Shown here in pieces: positions 31,169-40,342 of a stretch of 40,342 nt of DNA. The position numbers were made by a program, and so were the translations under genes. Each line of letters begins with the position of its first letter. Position 1 is the first letter of the stretch. The notes below the pieces were generated by a model. The model did no database searches. It saw nothing but the letters and a program-made list of their open reading frames with translations, and had not been told where the DNA came from. Origin of the DNA: Octopus bimaculoides. Its lineage: Eukaryota. Where the stretch lies: positions 50,357,406 through 50,397,747 of the forward strand of contig NC_068991.1 of the NCBI RefSeq assembly GCF_001194135.2. The letters run 5' to 3'.

Positions 31169-32826
31169 CAGGGTGTTCAATTTAAAAGTTGACTCGATTG
31201 ATTGACTGTCAAAATATTGGCTCTCTGTGACTGGCTTGCTATGTCAAATTGATTTTAGCCATTTTACATGTGTAACGCATTCATTCAAGATTTCTTCTAG
31301 AGTCATAATGGTGTTATCAGTGCAGCAACGTTCATTTATTGTGGAATCTTATTTTAGATAAGGTCTTTTTTTCAATGTTGCTCAAGAACACAACACTTTA
31401 CCTCATCCGGAAATCAAAACCCTAACCACAGGCCTTGACATTTAATTACTTCAGGAATTATTTTGGTCATTAATCAAGCTATAGTAGAGATGTTATATTC
31501 AGTAGTTTGGCCATGCAGTGTGACATGATATGTCTCTTTTCTCTGATATCTCAAAAATATAGATATCTGCTTTCCATCTCTTGTAGACTAGTTATAAATT
31601 TCTGTATAGTGATACATACTGGTACATACAAAGTTCTGTACAATGGCACAACATAAGAAAATGTGTTGTACATCATATCAAAATAAATTTCTTGAGGTCA
31701 AGATAAACAGCAGGAGCACTGTGTCATTTAAAGTATACTTGTTAGCATGCACTGATGAATTCAAGTTCATTTAAGGGTCTGGAAACTGTATTGGAAGCCC
31801 AGTCCAGTTATAAGAAATCATGATTATAGAATTAACGACAATATCACTTATTTACAGAATGACTGACCATAAGTAATATTGCTCTTGATATTAAACCTTT
31901 AGCATTTAAACCAACCATATCTACCCATTTTATGTTCAAACTGGCCATATTCAGCTTATCAAACGTACCCTACATTCTAATAATAACAATCACATCCTTG
32001 AAACCTCAAAGCTACAAGGTAATGCATGATTAACTAAAAATTATGAATAAATAGGCATTACATTTAACAGAGTAATCTGAATGCTAAAGGGTTAATCATT
32101 TTATTGTATTTGAGTTGAGGACAGTTGGTGTTTTGGGGGAAAGCTGAGATGATATTAAACAGAAGACAGAGACAAAATAGTCAGAACTGAATTACTATGT
32201 CAAAGTGAAATGCCCTCTTTACATTTAAATCTTAACAATTTCTCTTGCTATGTAATGATCAAAGATTTATGGAAAGTTGTTACTCATAATATCACAGTTT
32301 TATTACACTTAGAACAAAGATGAACTAAAAAAAAAATCATCTCCATTTTCTTTCTGCAGCATTTTACTAGTTTGTCTAAACATGCATTCATAATTTCATG
32401 CAGTTGAACAGAAATTACGCCTTGTTTTTCTTAAAGTTCATACATGTGACATGGGAAGGGAGGGAGTGAATACAGTCTGTGACATAGTTTCAGTTTTTAG
32501 TTACACCATGGTTATTGTCAGTAATTTGAATGAATGTGTGCTCCACCCAGCTGGATTGTCACGCTTCATGAAGATAGAAGCAATCAAGTATACAAGTTTA
32601 GGTTGGGCAACAATTTCAGTTTGGAAATTTTGATTGTGATCTCTGATAGAGTATACACAGGTAAATTTATAATTTGAAATAGACTTGTTAAAACTCCTCC
32701 TAAAATCGACAGCATTTAATGGCAAATTATATTTTCTTTCAGGCTGCTTTAAATCAAGTAATGTTGCAGAGTGAAGACCTTATGAAATCAATAGCAGAAA
32801 AGTCACCAATCTTCTCAAAACTGTAG
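16775..32826 (+). CDS. ECH1: ECH1 spliced CDS, 5'-partial: join(16775..16940,19436..19524,23477..23601,24866..24979,25702..25844,30970..31120,32743..32826); delta(3,5),delta(2,4)-dienoyl-CoA isomerase
   Basis: Manual splicing gives one uninterrupted frame with all GT-AG introns and matching phases. Motifs: [88 protein letters not shown], and C-terminal FSKL*. These align colinearly with recalled human ECH1. From ATG 16816 the CDS is 831 nt (276 aa plus stop). Confidence 0.96.
17050..17282 (+). mobile_element. RTE 3' fragment, sense orientation
   Basis: GAGACCTTTGG...GAGAAGACC...GCCAAGTGA (ORF2 end) joined to GGTTGGTGTTAGG...CATGGAAATCGGACATTAACTGATGATGATG. Confidence 0.75.
17315..17480 (-). 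mobile_element. RTE 3'-tail fragment, antisense, tail-to-tail with the previous copy
   Basis: (CAT)n then CAACATCCATTTTCCATGCTGGCATGGGTCGGACG. Confidence 0.8.
18950..19307 (+). mobile_element. Full-length tRNA-derived SINE (octopus OK/OR-like family, from recall)
   Basis: A-box TGGCTATGTGGTA (18961), B-box GGGTTCAGTCCC (about 19003), CORE-like CCTTGGGCAAGTGTCTT, internal (TA)/(TG) tract, and (GTAAAAGA)n tail. Confidence 0.85.
19436..19524 (+). CDS. ECH1: ECH1 exon: (E)[29 protein letters not shown](G)
   Basis: TTTCTCTTGTAG acceptor; GTTTGT donor at 19525; 89 nt, phase 2 in and phase 1 out. Confidence 0.95.
20604..20920 (+). mobile_element. SINE of the same family as 18950; 5' end lies in the assembly gap
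   Basis: GTGTCTTCTACTATAGCCTCGGG...GTGAGTGGATTTGGTAGA...GACTGAAACAAGTAAAAGAG. Confidence 0.85.
21300..21592 (+). mobile_element. RTE 3'-tail fragment with about 22-bp internal repeats
   Basis: Repeated AAAAGCACCCATGCAG units, then GTGGTTGGTGTTAGGAAGGGCATCCAGCC...GATGTTAAATGATGATG. Confidence 0.78.
21800..22455. mobile_element. Unclassified interspersed repeat flanked by (ATT)n tracts and spanning a gap
   Basis: Non-coding block between two (TAT)n microsatellites; the retroposon call is from recall of similar cephalopod repeats only. Confidence 0.35.
22455..22514. repeat. (TAT)n microsatellite
   Basis: Direct reading. Confidence 0.95.
23100..23308 (+). mobile_element. Nin-domain SINE copy, CpG-decayed
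   Basis: GGTGGTGAGCTAGTAGAATTGTTAGC head and CCCTTTCACTCTTTCAGGGTCAGTAAAATATGTACCAG core. Confidence 0.75.
23347..23518 (+). repeat. Direct tandem duplication, 2 x 86 bp, spanning an ECH1 intron/exon junction
   Basis: Copies 23347-23432 and 23433-23518 differ at 2 positions (GCT/GCA and TAC/CAC). Confidence 0.97.
23477..23601 (+). CDS. ECH1: ECH1 exon: (G)[41 protein letters not shown]
   Basis: CTATCTTCAG acceptor (second copy of a duplicated junction); GTAAAT donor at 23602; 125 nt keeps the frame. Confidence 0.9.
24125..24273 (+). mobile_element. RTE 3'-tail fragment
   Basis: GTTGGTGTTAGGAAGGGCTTCCAGCC...CCAACCCATGCCAGCATGGAAAACGGATGTTAAATGATGAG. Confidence 0.8.
24444..24648 (+). mobile_element. 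Nin-domain SINE copy, CpG-decayed
   Basis: GACAGCGAGCTGACAGAATTGTTAGC head and GCCTTTAATCCTTTCAGGGTCAATAAAATAAGCACCAG core. Confidence 0.75.
24866..24979 (+). CDS. ECH1: ECH1 exon: [38 protein letters not shown]
   Basis: TTCTACTTCTTCAG acceptor; GTAAGT donor at 24980; 114 nt; crotonase oxyanion-hole region and the Asp equivalent to ECH1 D176. Confidence 0.96.
25024..25390 (+). repeat. Minisatellite, about 16 units of 22-24 bp (AGTGAGT[GT/AT]AGCCACCTTGCTAA[T/G])
   Basis: Units counted directly; 22-bp and 24-bp variants are interspersed. Confidence 0.92.
25702..25844 (+). CDS. ECH1: ECH1 exon: [47 protein letters not shown](S)
   Basis: TTTCCTTCAG acceptor; GTTTGC donor at 25845; carries the Glu and Asp equivalent to catalytic E196 and D204; visible within ORF-track entry 25603..25854. 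Confidence 0.97.
26198..26493. mobile_element. hAT (Charlie-like) MITE, 296 bp
   Basis: 16-bp TIR CAGGGGTTT(T/C)CAAACT; perfect 8-bp TSD ATTTAAAG (26190-26197 and 26494-26501); repeated subterminal GCGGACCCC motifs. Confidence 0.92.
26585..27780 (-). mobile_element. 5'-truncated RTE LINE: ORF2 C-terminus plus 3' UTR
   Basis: [16 protein letters not shown]...[17 protein letters not shown] (27348-27641); same 3' UTR and (GAT)n tail as the element at 28914. Confidence 0.9.
27792..28123 (+). mobile_element. tRNA-derived SINE with V/CORE-like domain
   Basis: A-box TGGCTCAGTGGTT (27801), B-box GAGTTCGAACCC (27842), then GTGTTCTTGAGCAAGACATTTTA. Confidence 0.8.
28337..28520 (+). mobile_element. 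RTE 3'-tail fragment
   Basis: GTTGGTGTTAGGAAGGGTATCCAACC...GGACATTAAATGATGATGATG. Confidence 0.8.
28914..30845 (-). mobile_element. 5'-truncated RTE-clade LINE: RT domain to 3' tail
   Basis: [44 protein letters not shown], CxxC region, [21 protein letters not shown]; 3' UTR ending in (GAT)n at 28914; antisense within an ECH1 intron. Confidence 0.95.
30970..31120 (+). CDS. ECH1: ECH1 exon: (S)[50 protein letters not shown]
   Basis: TTTTATGCAG acceptor; GTAAGT donor at 31121; 151 nt. Confidence 0.95.
31135..31168. repeat. (GTA)n microsatellite 14 nt after an ECH1 donor site
   Basis: Direct reading. Confidence 0.95.
32743..32826 (+). CDS. ECH1: ECH1 terminal coding exon: [27 protein letters not shown]; ends in PTS1 (SKL)
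   Basis: TTTTCTTTCAG acceptor; TAG at 32824-32826; the SKL terminus matches known ECH1 proteins. Confidence 0.95.
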   Translation, partial: AALNQVMLQSEDLMKSIAEKSPIFSKL

Positions 32827-32951
32827 TCATTTAAATGAGCTGCGACAGTTAATGTTTTGTAGTTTGATCTGTTATATGGCATCAACGATGGAGTAGATGA
32901 GTGTAAATTATGCAGAAATAGTTGGCAAATGAGAGTAAAGTGCAATAGGCA

Positions 32952-32957
32952 AATAAA
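32952..32957 (+). terminator. Candidate polyadenylation signal (AATAAA) for ECH1
   Basis: First AATAAA after the stop codon, about 125 nt downstream; the sequence is AT-rich, so chance occurrence is possible. Confidence 0.4.
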
Positions 32958-33917
32958 CTAATCTATATTTAATTCTAGTTTTTTGGGGGGTGGGGGGGTT
33001 ATGCTAATGTTTGATTGAATAACTTCCATCTTTGAAATTTCAAACAGATTTTATACTGAAATAATGACAAAATATTTCTTGGTTTAAAAAAAGCAAAACA
33101 AAAAACATCTTCGATTCTTTATTAACATTTTTTCATTAGATATTATATCTTAAGAAGCTGATTGATTTCTATCGATACTTTTTCATTTTTACAATATTTG
33201 CTTAATGAAGAAAGTTGATGAGTCGACAAACACAAGCTGTCTGACTAATTCTTTAAACACTATCCCTATAAATTTGGGGTTTAAAATTCTTTATGTCTGC
33301 TTTTTATCCTTTTGAGACCTATTAAAAGCACACCAACCATATTGGAAGGTTGATTCAGTCAGCTGTATTTGATTCTCTGAGAAAGCAACTTTGTACCTTA
33401 AGAAGAAATCAATATCTATCAATACATTTTCCAATTACTCTTTCTATGTAATAATATTTCCTTTATTGATTTTGTCTGGTTTTTACATAAAAAATATGAA
33501 CTTGAAAATTCTGGAAGTTTCGAAAGCACTATTTTCATGTAATTTAAAAAATTTTCTGAATAAAGTTATATATTTTCATAAGTCGGTCAATTTTTCCTTA
33601 AAGACACAATTTCTGAAATAATTTTCAGTGAATTTTTCATTATTATCATTCATCATTTTGCCTTCAAATTCTTATTCACTGTTTCACATTTTTCATGAAG
33701 CAATACTAGTTTTGAAGATCAACTTTGATCAAATATTTATGTTGTGCTATCAGTGCCATTGGGAAATACACAAAAAGTTTTTGAACTATATTGGTTCAAG
33801 AATGAAGTTAGTGTTGTTCCATTGATCTGTGAAAAAAAACCTGTAAAAGTTAGAAAATTATAAAATCACTGAAGAAAATATTTTCTTCTAAAGCAGTGTT
33901 TCTCAAACATTTTTTAC

Positions 33918-33993
33918 CTATATATATATATATATATATATAAAACATGCATATGAATATACATGTATGTATATATATATATATATATATACA

Positions 33994-34035
<42 letters not shown>
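33918..34035. repeat. Compound (TA)n microsatellite
   Basis: Direct reading. Confidence 0.93.
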
Positions 34036-34038
<3 letters not shown>

Positions 34039-34456
34039 AATAAAAAGTTTAGAAAAGTATAACAATGCACTATAGAACAAAAAATGGACTATATATCTGT
34101 TGTAACTTGGTTATCTATAGTCTGATGATATTTCGGGAATTAGAATTCCTTCTTCAGATCTTATTTGCTGGANNNNNNNNNNNNNNNNNNNNNNNNNNNN
34201 NNNNNNNNNNNNNNNNNNNNNNNNNNNNNNNNNNNNNNNNNNNNNNNNNNNNNNNNNNNNNNNNNNNNNNNNNNNNNNNNNNNNNNNNNNNNNNNNNNNN
34301 NNNNNNNNNNNNNNNNNNNNNNNNNNNNNNNNNNNNNNNNNNNNNNNNNNNNNNNNNNNNNNNNNNNNNNNNNNNNNNNNNNNNNNTATACAATATATAT
34401 ATATATATATATATACAATATATATATATATATATATACAATATATATATATATAA

Positions 34457-34718
34457 AAGAATGGATGAGGATAGCTGTGTGAAAAAGTGCCACACCCTAG
34501 CGGTTGAAGGAACCCTTGGAAGAGGTAGACCCAGAAATGTGGTGGTAAAGCACGATCTTCAAACATTAGGCCTCACCGAGGCAATGACCAGTGACCAAGA
34601 CCTTTGGAAATACGCTGTGCGTGAGAAGACCCGGCAAGCCAAGTGAAACTATAACCCATGGCCTATGCCAGGGGTGTAACCAGCCCACTTATGCATACCT
34701 TTCTTTCATTGGACACTA
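34457..34718 (+). mobile_element. RTE LINE internal fragment (end of ORF2)
   Basis: RMDEDSCVKKCHTLAVEGTLGRGRP...DLWKYAVREKTRQAK*, matching 29600-29800 in reverse. Confidence 0.88.
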
Positions 34719-35884
34719 ATTCCAGATAAACCACCTACACCCGGATATACTACTGCAAAGAACAACTCTTTAATCAAATGGGCAATGGTGCCTAATAAAT
34801 AACTATACAAAAATACATTACTAAATGTCTTGCCCAGGTAGTGCTATTAAGTTAGCTATGGCTTGGGCCAATGTAACCAAAACCTATCTAAGCATATGTA
34901 TATATACATGCAGCATTTGTCCTATTTTTGGTACTGCCATGTTGGCTTGGCGATAACTATTAATATATATTGCATTGTTGTACCATTCTTAAACTTTTTA
35001 TTCTTTACAAGCAATACACAATGCTTCAAGCGAACTACAATACTCTCCTATATATATATATATCCGTATATATACATATACATATGTATTGGGTTGCTGC
35101 ATAGTTATTGCAGCTTTTTTGCAACAAATTTTATGCAACAAAAAAATAACATGTAACAAAAACAACTTTAAATGATTATTCCAGAGCATATTCGCCATCT
35201 ACTTCAATTAATGCTTCCCATTTGTTTGGCAGACACTCAGACTGTCATTTAAGTGTTTCTGTTAACTATTGTTTATTGTTTTTGTTGAATAAAATTTGTT
35301 GCTGGAAATATAGTGATAGGAACCAATGCACCAGTCCTCCTTTCCAAATGCAACTAATGCGTATGTACCAGGGAACATGTCTGTAGCGGAATGTTTATGT
35401 ATACATGTGTGTGTATGTATGTGTGGGTGGGTATATATATGTGTCCTCCTCATGTATAATAACAATAATAATTGACTCATTGGTGTGCATGTATAGACAT
35501 TTGTGTAAGTACATTTAAATGTACATATATGTATTTATGTTTATTTATGTATATCTATATATGTTAAAGTATGCATATATATGTGAGTTTTTGCAATTTT
35601 TTAATTGTTTATATTTGGATATTTTAAATTAACTTCATGAGCTTTATAAAAAATCTCTGAAGAGGCCTAGAGAATCATCCATGTACCTCTATTTCATCTA
35701 TCAATTACTTCAGCCTACTGGGTTATATAGATAAAGTGGGCAAAAAATCCCATTCCTATCTTTACGTCAGATGGTTTAAAATTTCCTTATAGCTCCTTTG
35801 TATACTCTGATCCTTTCTTTATGGCTGTAACCTGAAAACTGCATGTGGTGAATGAAATGTTGTATATGTCTCTTTAACTCTGTA

Positions 35885-36340
35885 GGGTCGCACATGCAGG
35901 ACATTTTATAGGAGCAAATTATGGAACACCATTGAAAGGATTAAGAAGAAAATAGGGAAGACCAACTGGCATACCGCTTTAGAAGGGCCCTGGATAAACT
36001 TAAGCTAAGAATTAAGGTTGTTGAAAGGCCAGGCAACCCTATCAAATCCCTTATCGGTAGAACCTACCCTTTTAATAGAACCCCCTGTACTGATAGGAAC
36101 TGTACTGTATGTAGATTTAGTCCACTAACAAACTGTAAAGTCAGAAATGTGGTCTATAGTATAAGATGTACAGATGGACGATGCAGTAACAAGACAACGA
36201 CGTACATAGGCGAAACAGCGCGGAGCATAGGAGAGCGGATAAATGAACATTGGAGGGAACTTAAGGAAGAGAAGAGCTCATCAGTTCTGTACCAGTACGT
36301 TGAGCAGAAACACAGAGGCTCACTCAACAACATACAAAGA
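35885..36340 (+). mobile_element. Penelope-like element fragment: linker plus GIY-YIG endonuclease (Neptune-like)
   Basis: Open frame from about 35944: KVVERPG...CTDRNCTVC...NCKVRNVVYSIRC...C...YIGETARSIGERINEH; truncated by a SINE at 36341. Confidence 0.85.
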
Positions 36341-36633
36341 CTTGTGAGTGGATTTGGTAGACGGAAACTGAAAGAAGCCCGTCGTATATGTAGATATGTA
36401 TATGTGTATGTGTGTGTATATGCTTGTGCGTCTGTTTGTCCCCCCAGCATCGCTTGACAACCTATGCTGGTGTGTTTATGTCCCCGTAACTTAGCGGCTC
36501 GGCAAAAGTAGCTGATAGAATAAGTACTAGGCTTACAAAGAATAAGTCCTGGGGTCAATTTGCTTGACTAAAGGTGGTGCTCCAGCATGGCCACAGTCAA
36601 ATGACTAAAACAAGTAAAAGAGTAAAAGAGTAA
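36341..36633 (+). mobile_element. 5'-truncated SINE of the same family as 18950, abutting the Penelope-like fragment
   Basis: CTTGTGAGTGGATTTGGTAGACGGAAACTG...GTAAAAGAGTAAAAGAG. Confidence 0.85.
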
Positions 36634-36669
36634 ACTGGCTGATTGGCACTTGGAGGGGCAAGCCCATGC

Positions 36670-37028
36670 TCTTGGACAGCATGGCACTCCGTCACTTACA
36701 ACGTCGAGGGTTCCAGTTGATCCGATCAACGGAACAGCCTGCTCGTGAAATTAACGTGCAAGTGGCTGAGCACTCCACAGACACGTGTACCCTTAACATA
36801 GTCCTCGGGGATATTCAGCATGACACAAAGTGTGACAAGGCTGGAAGTGTGAGAGAAAGTTGTGGTGGAAGAGTACAGCAGGGTTCACCACCATCCCCTG
36901 CCGGAGCCTTGTGGAACTTAAGGTGTTTTCGCTCAATAAACACACACAACGCTCAGTCTGGGAATCGAAACCGCAATCCTATGACCGCGAGTCCGCTGCC
37001 CTAACCACTGGGCCATTGCGCCTCCACA
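36670..37028 (-). mobile_element. tRNA-derived SINE, possibly two adjacent SINE bodies
   Basis: On the minus strand, A-box TGGCCCAGTGGTTAGG (about 37000-37015) and B-box GGTTTCGATTCC (36961-36972). Confidence 0.7.
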
Positions 37029-37030
37029 TA

Positions 37031-37955
37031 TCTATNNNNNNNNNNNNNNNNNNNNNNNNNNNNNNNNNNNNNNNNNNNNNNNNNNNNNNNNNNNNNNNNN
37101 NNNNNNNNNNNNNNNNNNNNNNNNNNNNNNNNNNNNNNNNNNNNNNNNNNNNNNNNNNNNNNNNNNNNNNNNNNNNNNNNNNNNNNNNNNNNNNNNNNNN
37201 NNNNNNNNNNNNNNNNNNNNNNNNNNNNNNNNNNNNNNNNNNNNNNNNNNNNNNNNNNNNNNNNNNNNNNNNNNNNNNNNNNNNNNNNNNNNNNNNNNNN
37301 NNNNNNNNNNNNNNNNNNNNNNNNNNNNNNNNNNNNNNNNNNNNNNNNNNNNNNNNNNNNNNNNNNNNNNNNNNNNNNNNNNNNNNNNNNNNNNNNNNAT
37401 ACATAAATGTATACAAACATATTTACAAAGACACACGTGTGTATGCGCGCGCGTGGGTGTTTGTAAGAGACAGAGTGTGAGTGAGTCAAGGGCTGTGTTG
37501 TCATATGCATACATCCAAAGATGTATGTATATTTATGCATGTACGTATACATGACAACAAACCTCTCTCTCTCACTCACACTCTGTCTCTTACAAACACA
37601 CACATACATAAATGTATACAAACATATTTACAAAGACACACCTGTGTATGCGCGCGCGCGTGCGTGAGGGGTTCCACAATCGCCATTTATTTCAATTACT
37701 CTTGTGAGGATATTCACGTAAATCATTTTTATCATTTAATCCCCCATTTTAATTTTCGTAAAAGTTTCCAAGTACCAACGAGGCTTTTTGGCACATCTTC
37801 AATTTTCCCCATTCATGAGAGGCACCCAGCCATCATTCATCTGAGAGTCCATCTACAGAATGTCCTCAAATTTCTATACAGCATATTTTGCCTTTTTTTC
37901 TTTACGTATATAAGCAACAATTTCATTCCCGAGCAACGCCCGGTGCCTCTGCTAG
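37031..37955 (+). mobile_element. Probable non-autonomous Helitron; 3' end clear, 5' end tentative
   Basis: Terminal CCCGAGCAACGCCCGG hairpin-like motif, then TGCCTCTG-CTAG followed by T (37928-37956). A candidate A|TCTAT start sits at 37031 just before the gap. Confidence 0.45.
37399..37660 (+). repeat. Direct repeat with about 205-bp period next to a gap
   Basis: ATACATAAATGTATACAAACATATTTACAAAGACACAC.TGTGTATGCGCGCGCG at 37399 and 37604. Confidence 0.8.
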
Positions 37956-39250
37956 TCTACTATATAGGTTACATATATAGAGCAGTACATCTTATACATA
38001 AATGGCAATTTCTTTCTGTTGATCTGTCTGTTACCATCTTGCTGCTTACACCAGCAAAGTAATCTTGAGAAAAAATTGCATACATGTTAAACTAACATCC
38101 AGTTCAATTATAGGCTAGTTGGATTTCAGTAAAAATCTATAATGGGCCCCTCTAGAAAGGGAGCTAGTTTTTGATAAAATGAAAAGGGTGCAAAAAGTGT
38201 TAGGGTGAGGGAAATGTGGTGGCATAGTGACAGTGGGTTGATAACGTCAATACAGCTGCCATTCACAGATATACATGTGACACTGCATACATACTTTCAT
38301 AAATACATAGATACATGTATACATGCACACACACACATGCACATACACATAACTAACTTTTAAAATGCTGAGGAATGGAAAGAAAGGTGGGTGTGAGGAA
38401 TAGGTAGCTTTAACAAGAGAGTAGTTAGGTGGCTTTTCTGCTGTCCATTGCAAAGAAACACTCACACACAGACACATACACACACACATACATATATACA
38501 TACACACATGTCTACTATACACCATTTTAAACTCGTGATTACTTGCGTGTATGTTTGTAAATGTGCATGTGTGTGTATGTATGTGTGTGTATTTCAGTGT
38601 GTGTGAGTGTGTATGTATGTATGTATGTGGTGTGTGTGTATGTGGTGTGTGTGTGTGTGTGTGTTTGTGTCTGTGTGTGACATCTTATGACTGTCTGTCT
38701 CTCTACTTTTGTAGGGTCTTTCTTGTTGCTGTCACATATTTTGAAACTTTTAAATTACGTAAGAATTTTCAAATTTGGTACATTGAAATAATTTTCCACG
38801 TTAAATCTGATTTTGTTATTTCCAGAAAAATTGCAGAAAAATTATACTGAGGTTTAAAGTTTAATGGGTTTTACCTTATCAGAAAACAGGATCTATCTGG
38901 GAGCTGGCATTTTCTGCATGATAGCTGTCTATCAGAAAATGAAAGCAAAATCATTATGAGGAGAAATTTTTATTAAACAAAACATTACGACAGCCAAATT
39001 TGTAAGAACTTCTGAAATTTTTATAAGTTTTAATAAATAAAGTCATGTGAAATGATTGAACAGACATGTAAATAATTTTAAAAAGAAAAATATCCCCAGT
39101 GATGTCTTTTTGTGAAAAATTGCACAAATCTGTCCTGATCAAGAGGCCTATCTGTTGGGGAAGGCATGGTCTGACATGGAATAAACAAAAAATTATATAA
39201 GACATTCTATTGTAAAAAAAAACCCAGCAACAATGGGATATTCAGCTAAG

Positions 39251-39315
39251 TACATACGTACGTACAGACGGACGGACAGACAGACGGACGGACGGACGGA
39301 CGGACGGACGGATGG
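39251..39315. repeat. (TACG)/(GACA)/(GACG)n tetranucleotide array
   Basis: Direct reading. Confidence 0.93.
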
Positions 39316-39659
39316 GACTAGAGAGTGGGTACAGAATGAAAGAATGAGGGAAATAAGGCAGAGGTGTTAGAAGAGGCAATGATTTTTAAAAAATTCGTTA
39401 TTTTGAAAATTACATCAGACAGAAGAGAAAAATTTAACAATAGAAATATTGAAATGCTCAACATCTGGAATCCATTCTGCACTGTTTTGCTTCGTTTAAT
39501 CTCTTATATAAGCAGTGAGATTGACCATTGTCAGTAGGTCAAGACTTAACCAACTTCACAATTAACATAAATAAATGAGTGTAGGACAAAAGCCTCCAAG
39601 GACAAAAGCCTTCTAGGACAAAAGCCCCACGGTTATATTTTTCGGTTGTTTTTTTGTTT

Positions 39660-39930
39660 TTTCACCTTTTACTTGTTTCAGTCATTAGACCGTGGCCATG
39701 CGTGAGCACTGCTTTGAAGAATTTTTAGTTGAATGTATCAATGCCAGAAGTTTTTTTTTTACTTTTACTTGTTGCAGTTATTAGACTGCGGCCATGCTGG
39801 GGCACCACCATGAAGAATTTTTAGTCAAAAGTATTGACACCAGAATTGTTTTTATTTTTTATTTTTACTTGTTGCAGTTATTAGACTGCGGTCATGCTGG
39901 GGCACTGCCTTGAAGAATTTTTAGTTGTAG
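39660..39930 (-). repeat. Three tandem copies of a SINE 3'-tail segment
   Basis: TTTTACTTGTT(T/G)CAGT(C/T)ATTAGAC..GGCCATGC.GGGCAC.....TGAAGAATTTTTAGT occurs 3 times and is the reverse complement of the SINE tail at 19255-19300. Confidence 0.8.
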
Positions 39931-40342
39931 AAAAATCAGCATTTTAAAATTTAAATTTCAAGTCTTTTGTTTCCTTCTCTCAGCACTTGCAGATTAATGA
40001 GAATGAGCTGACCTTTTGAACTTTCTCCGGCCGTTGAAAGTCTAACAGAATTATGGTGCCGAAGGCTAATCATTCAGACGTACTTCTTATCATTTTTATG
40101 TTTCTACACATTTCTTGAAGTAAATGTTTTCCCTTTTGTTAGAATTCAGACAATATGTACATTGAGTAGTACATATTCATTTTCAATTGAATATATTTTT
40201 ACTTAAAAATTGGAATTTTGGAAAAATAAAAGTAGTTTTTTTTTTTACAACCGCGATTTCCGTTTTTGTTTACATGAAGTTATTTAAAAAATCTTTTTTA
40301 AGATTTGGCTATTATTTCTAGCATGTGGAGAGACCTTCTAGG

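Noticed and set aside
31168-31460. Tc1-like element starting TA-CAGGGTGTTCAATTTAAAAGTTGAC
   Set aside because: It looks like a left TIR, but I found no matching right TIR or transposase remnant.

Overview
Eukaryotic (animal) genomic DNA from a gapped short-read assembly with 8 N-runs. The repeat content resembles a coleoid cephalopod, probably Octopus; this comes from recall, not a search. One protein-coding gene can be reconstructed by hand on the + strand: ECH1 (delta(3,5),delta(2,4)-dienoyl-CoA isomerase, crotonase fold). Seven coding exons at 16775-32826 splice in frame with GT-AG introns and end in the peroxisomal signal SKL, giving 276 aa from the ATG at 16816. The true first exon is uncertain; one candidate is 7938-7971, beside a promoter-like motif cluster at about 7.8 kb. 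The rest is a dense transposon landscape: RTE LINE fragments, several tRNA-derived SINE families, two mariner relics, Tc1-, hAT- and Merlin-like MITEs, a CRE-like fragment, a Penelope-like GIY-YIG fragment, a gag-like zinc-knuckle ORF, a probable Helitron end, and many microsatellites. Almost all ORFs in the supplied track are microsatellite, gap or transposon artefacts. I found no clearly new multi-gene system. The best leads are: an 86-bp tandem duplication creating a competing, frameshifting splice acceptor in ECH1; a MITE family carrying TTAGGG repeats, including a perfect 40-bp telomeric palindrome; a CpG-decay footprint over the gene body; and inverted RTE tails that could form ADAR substrates.
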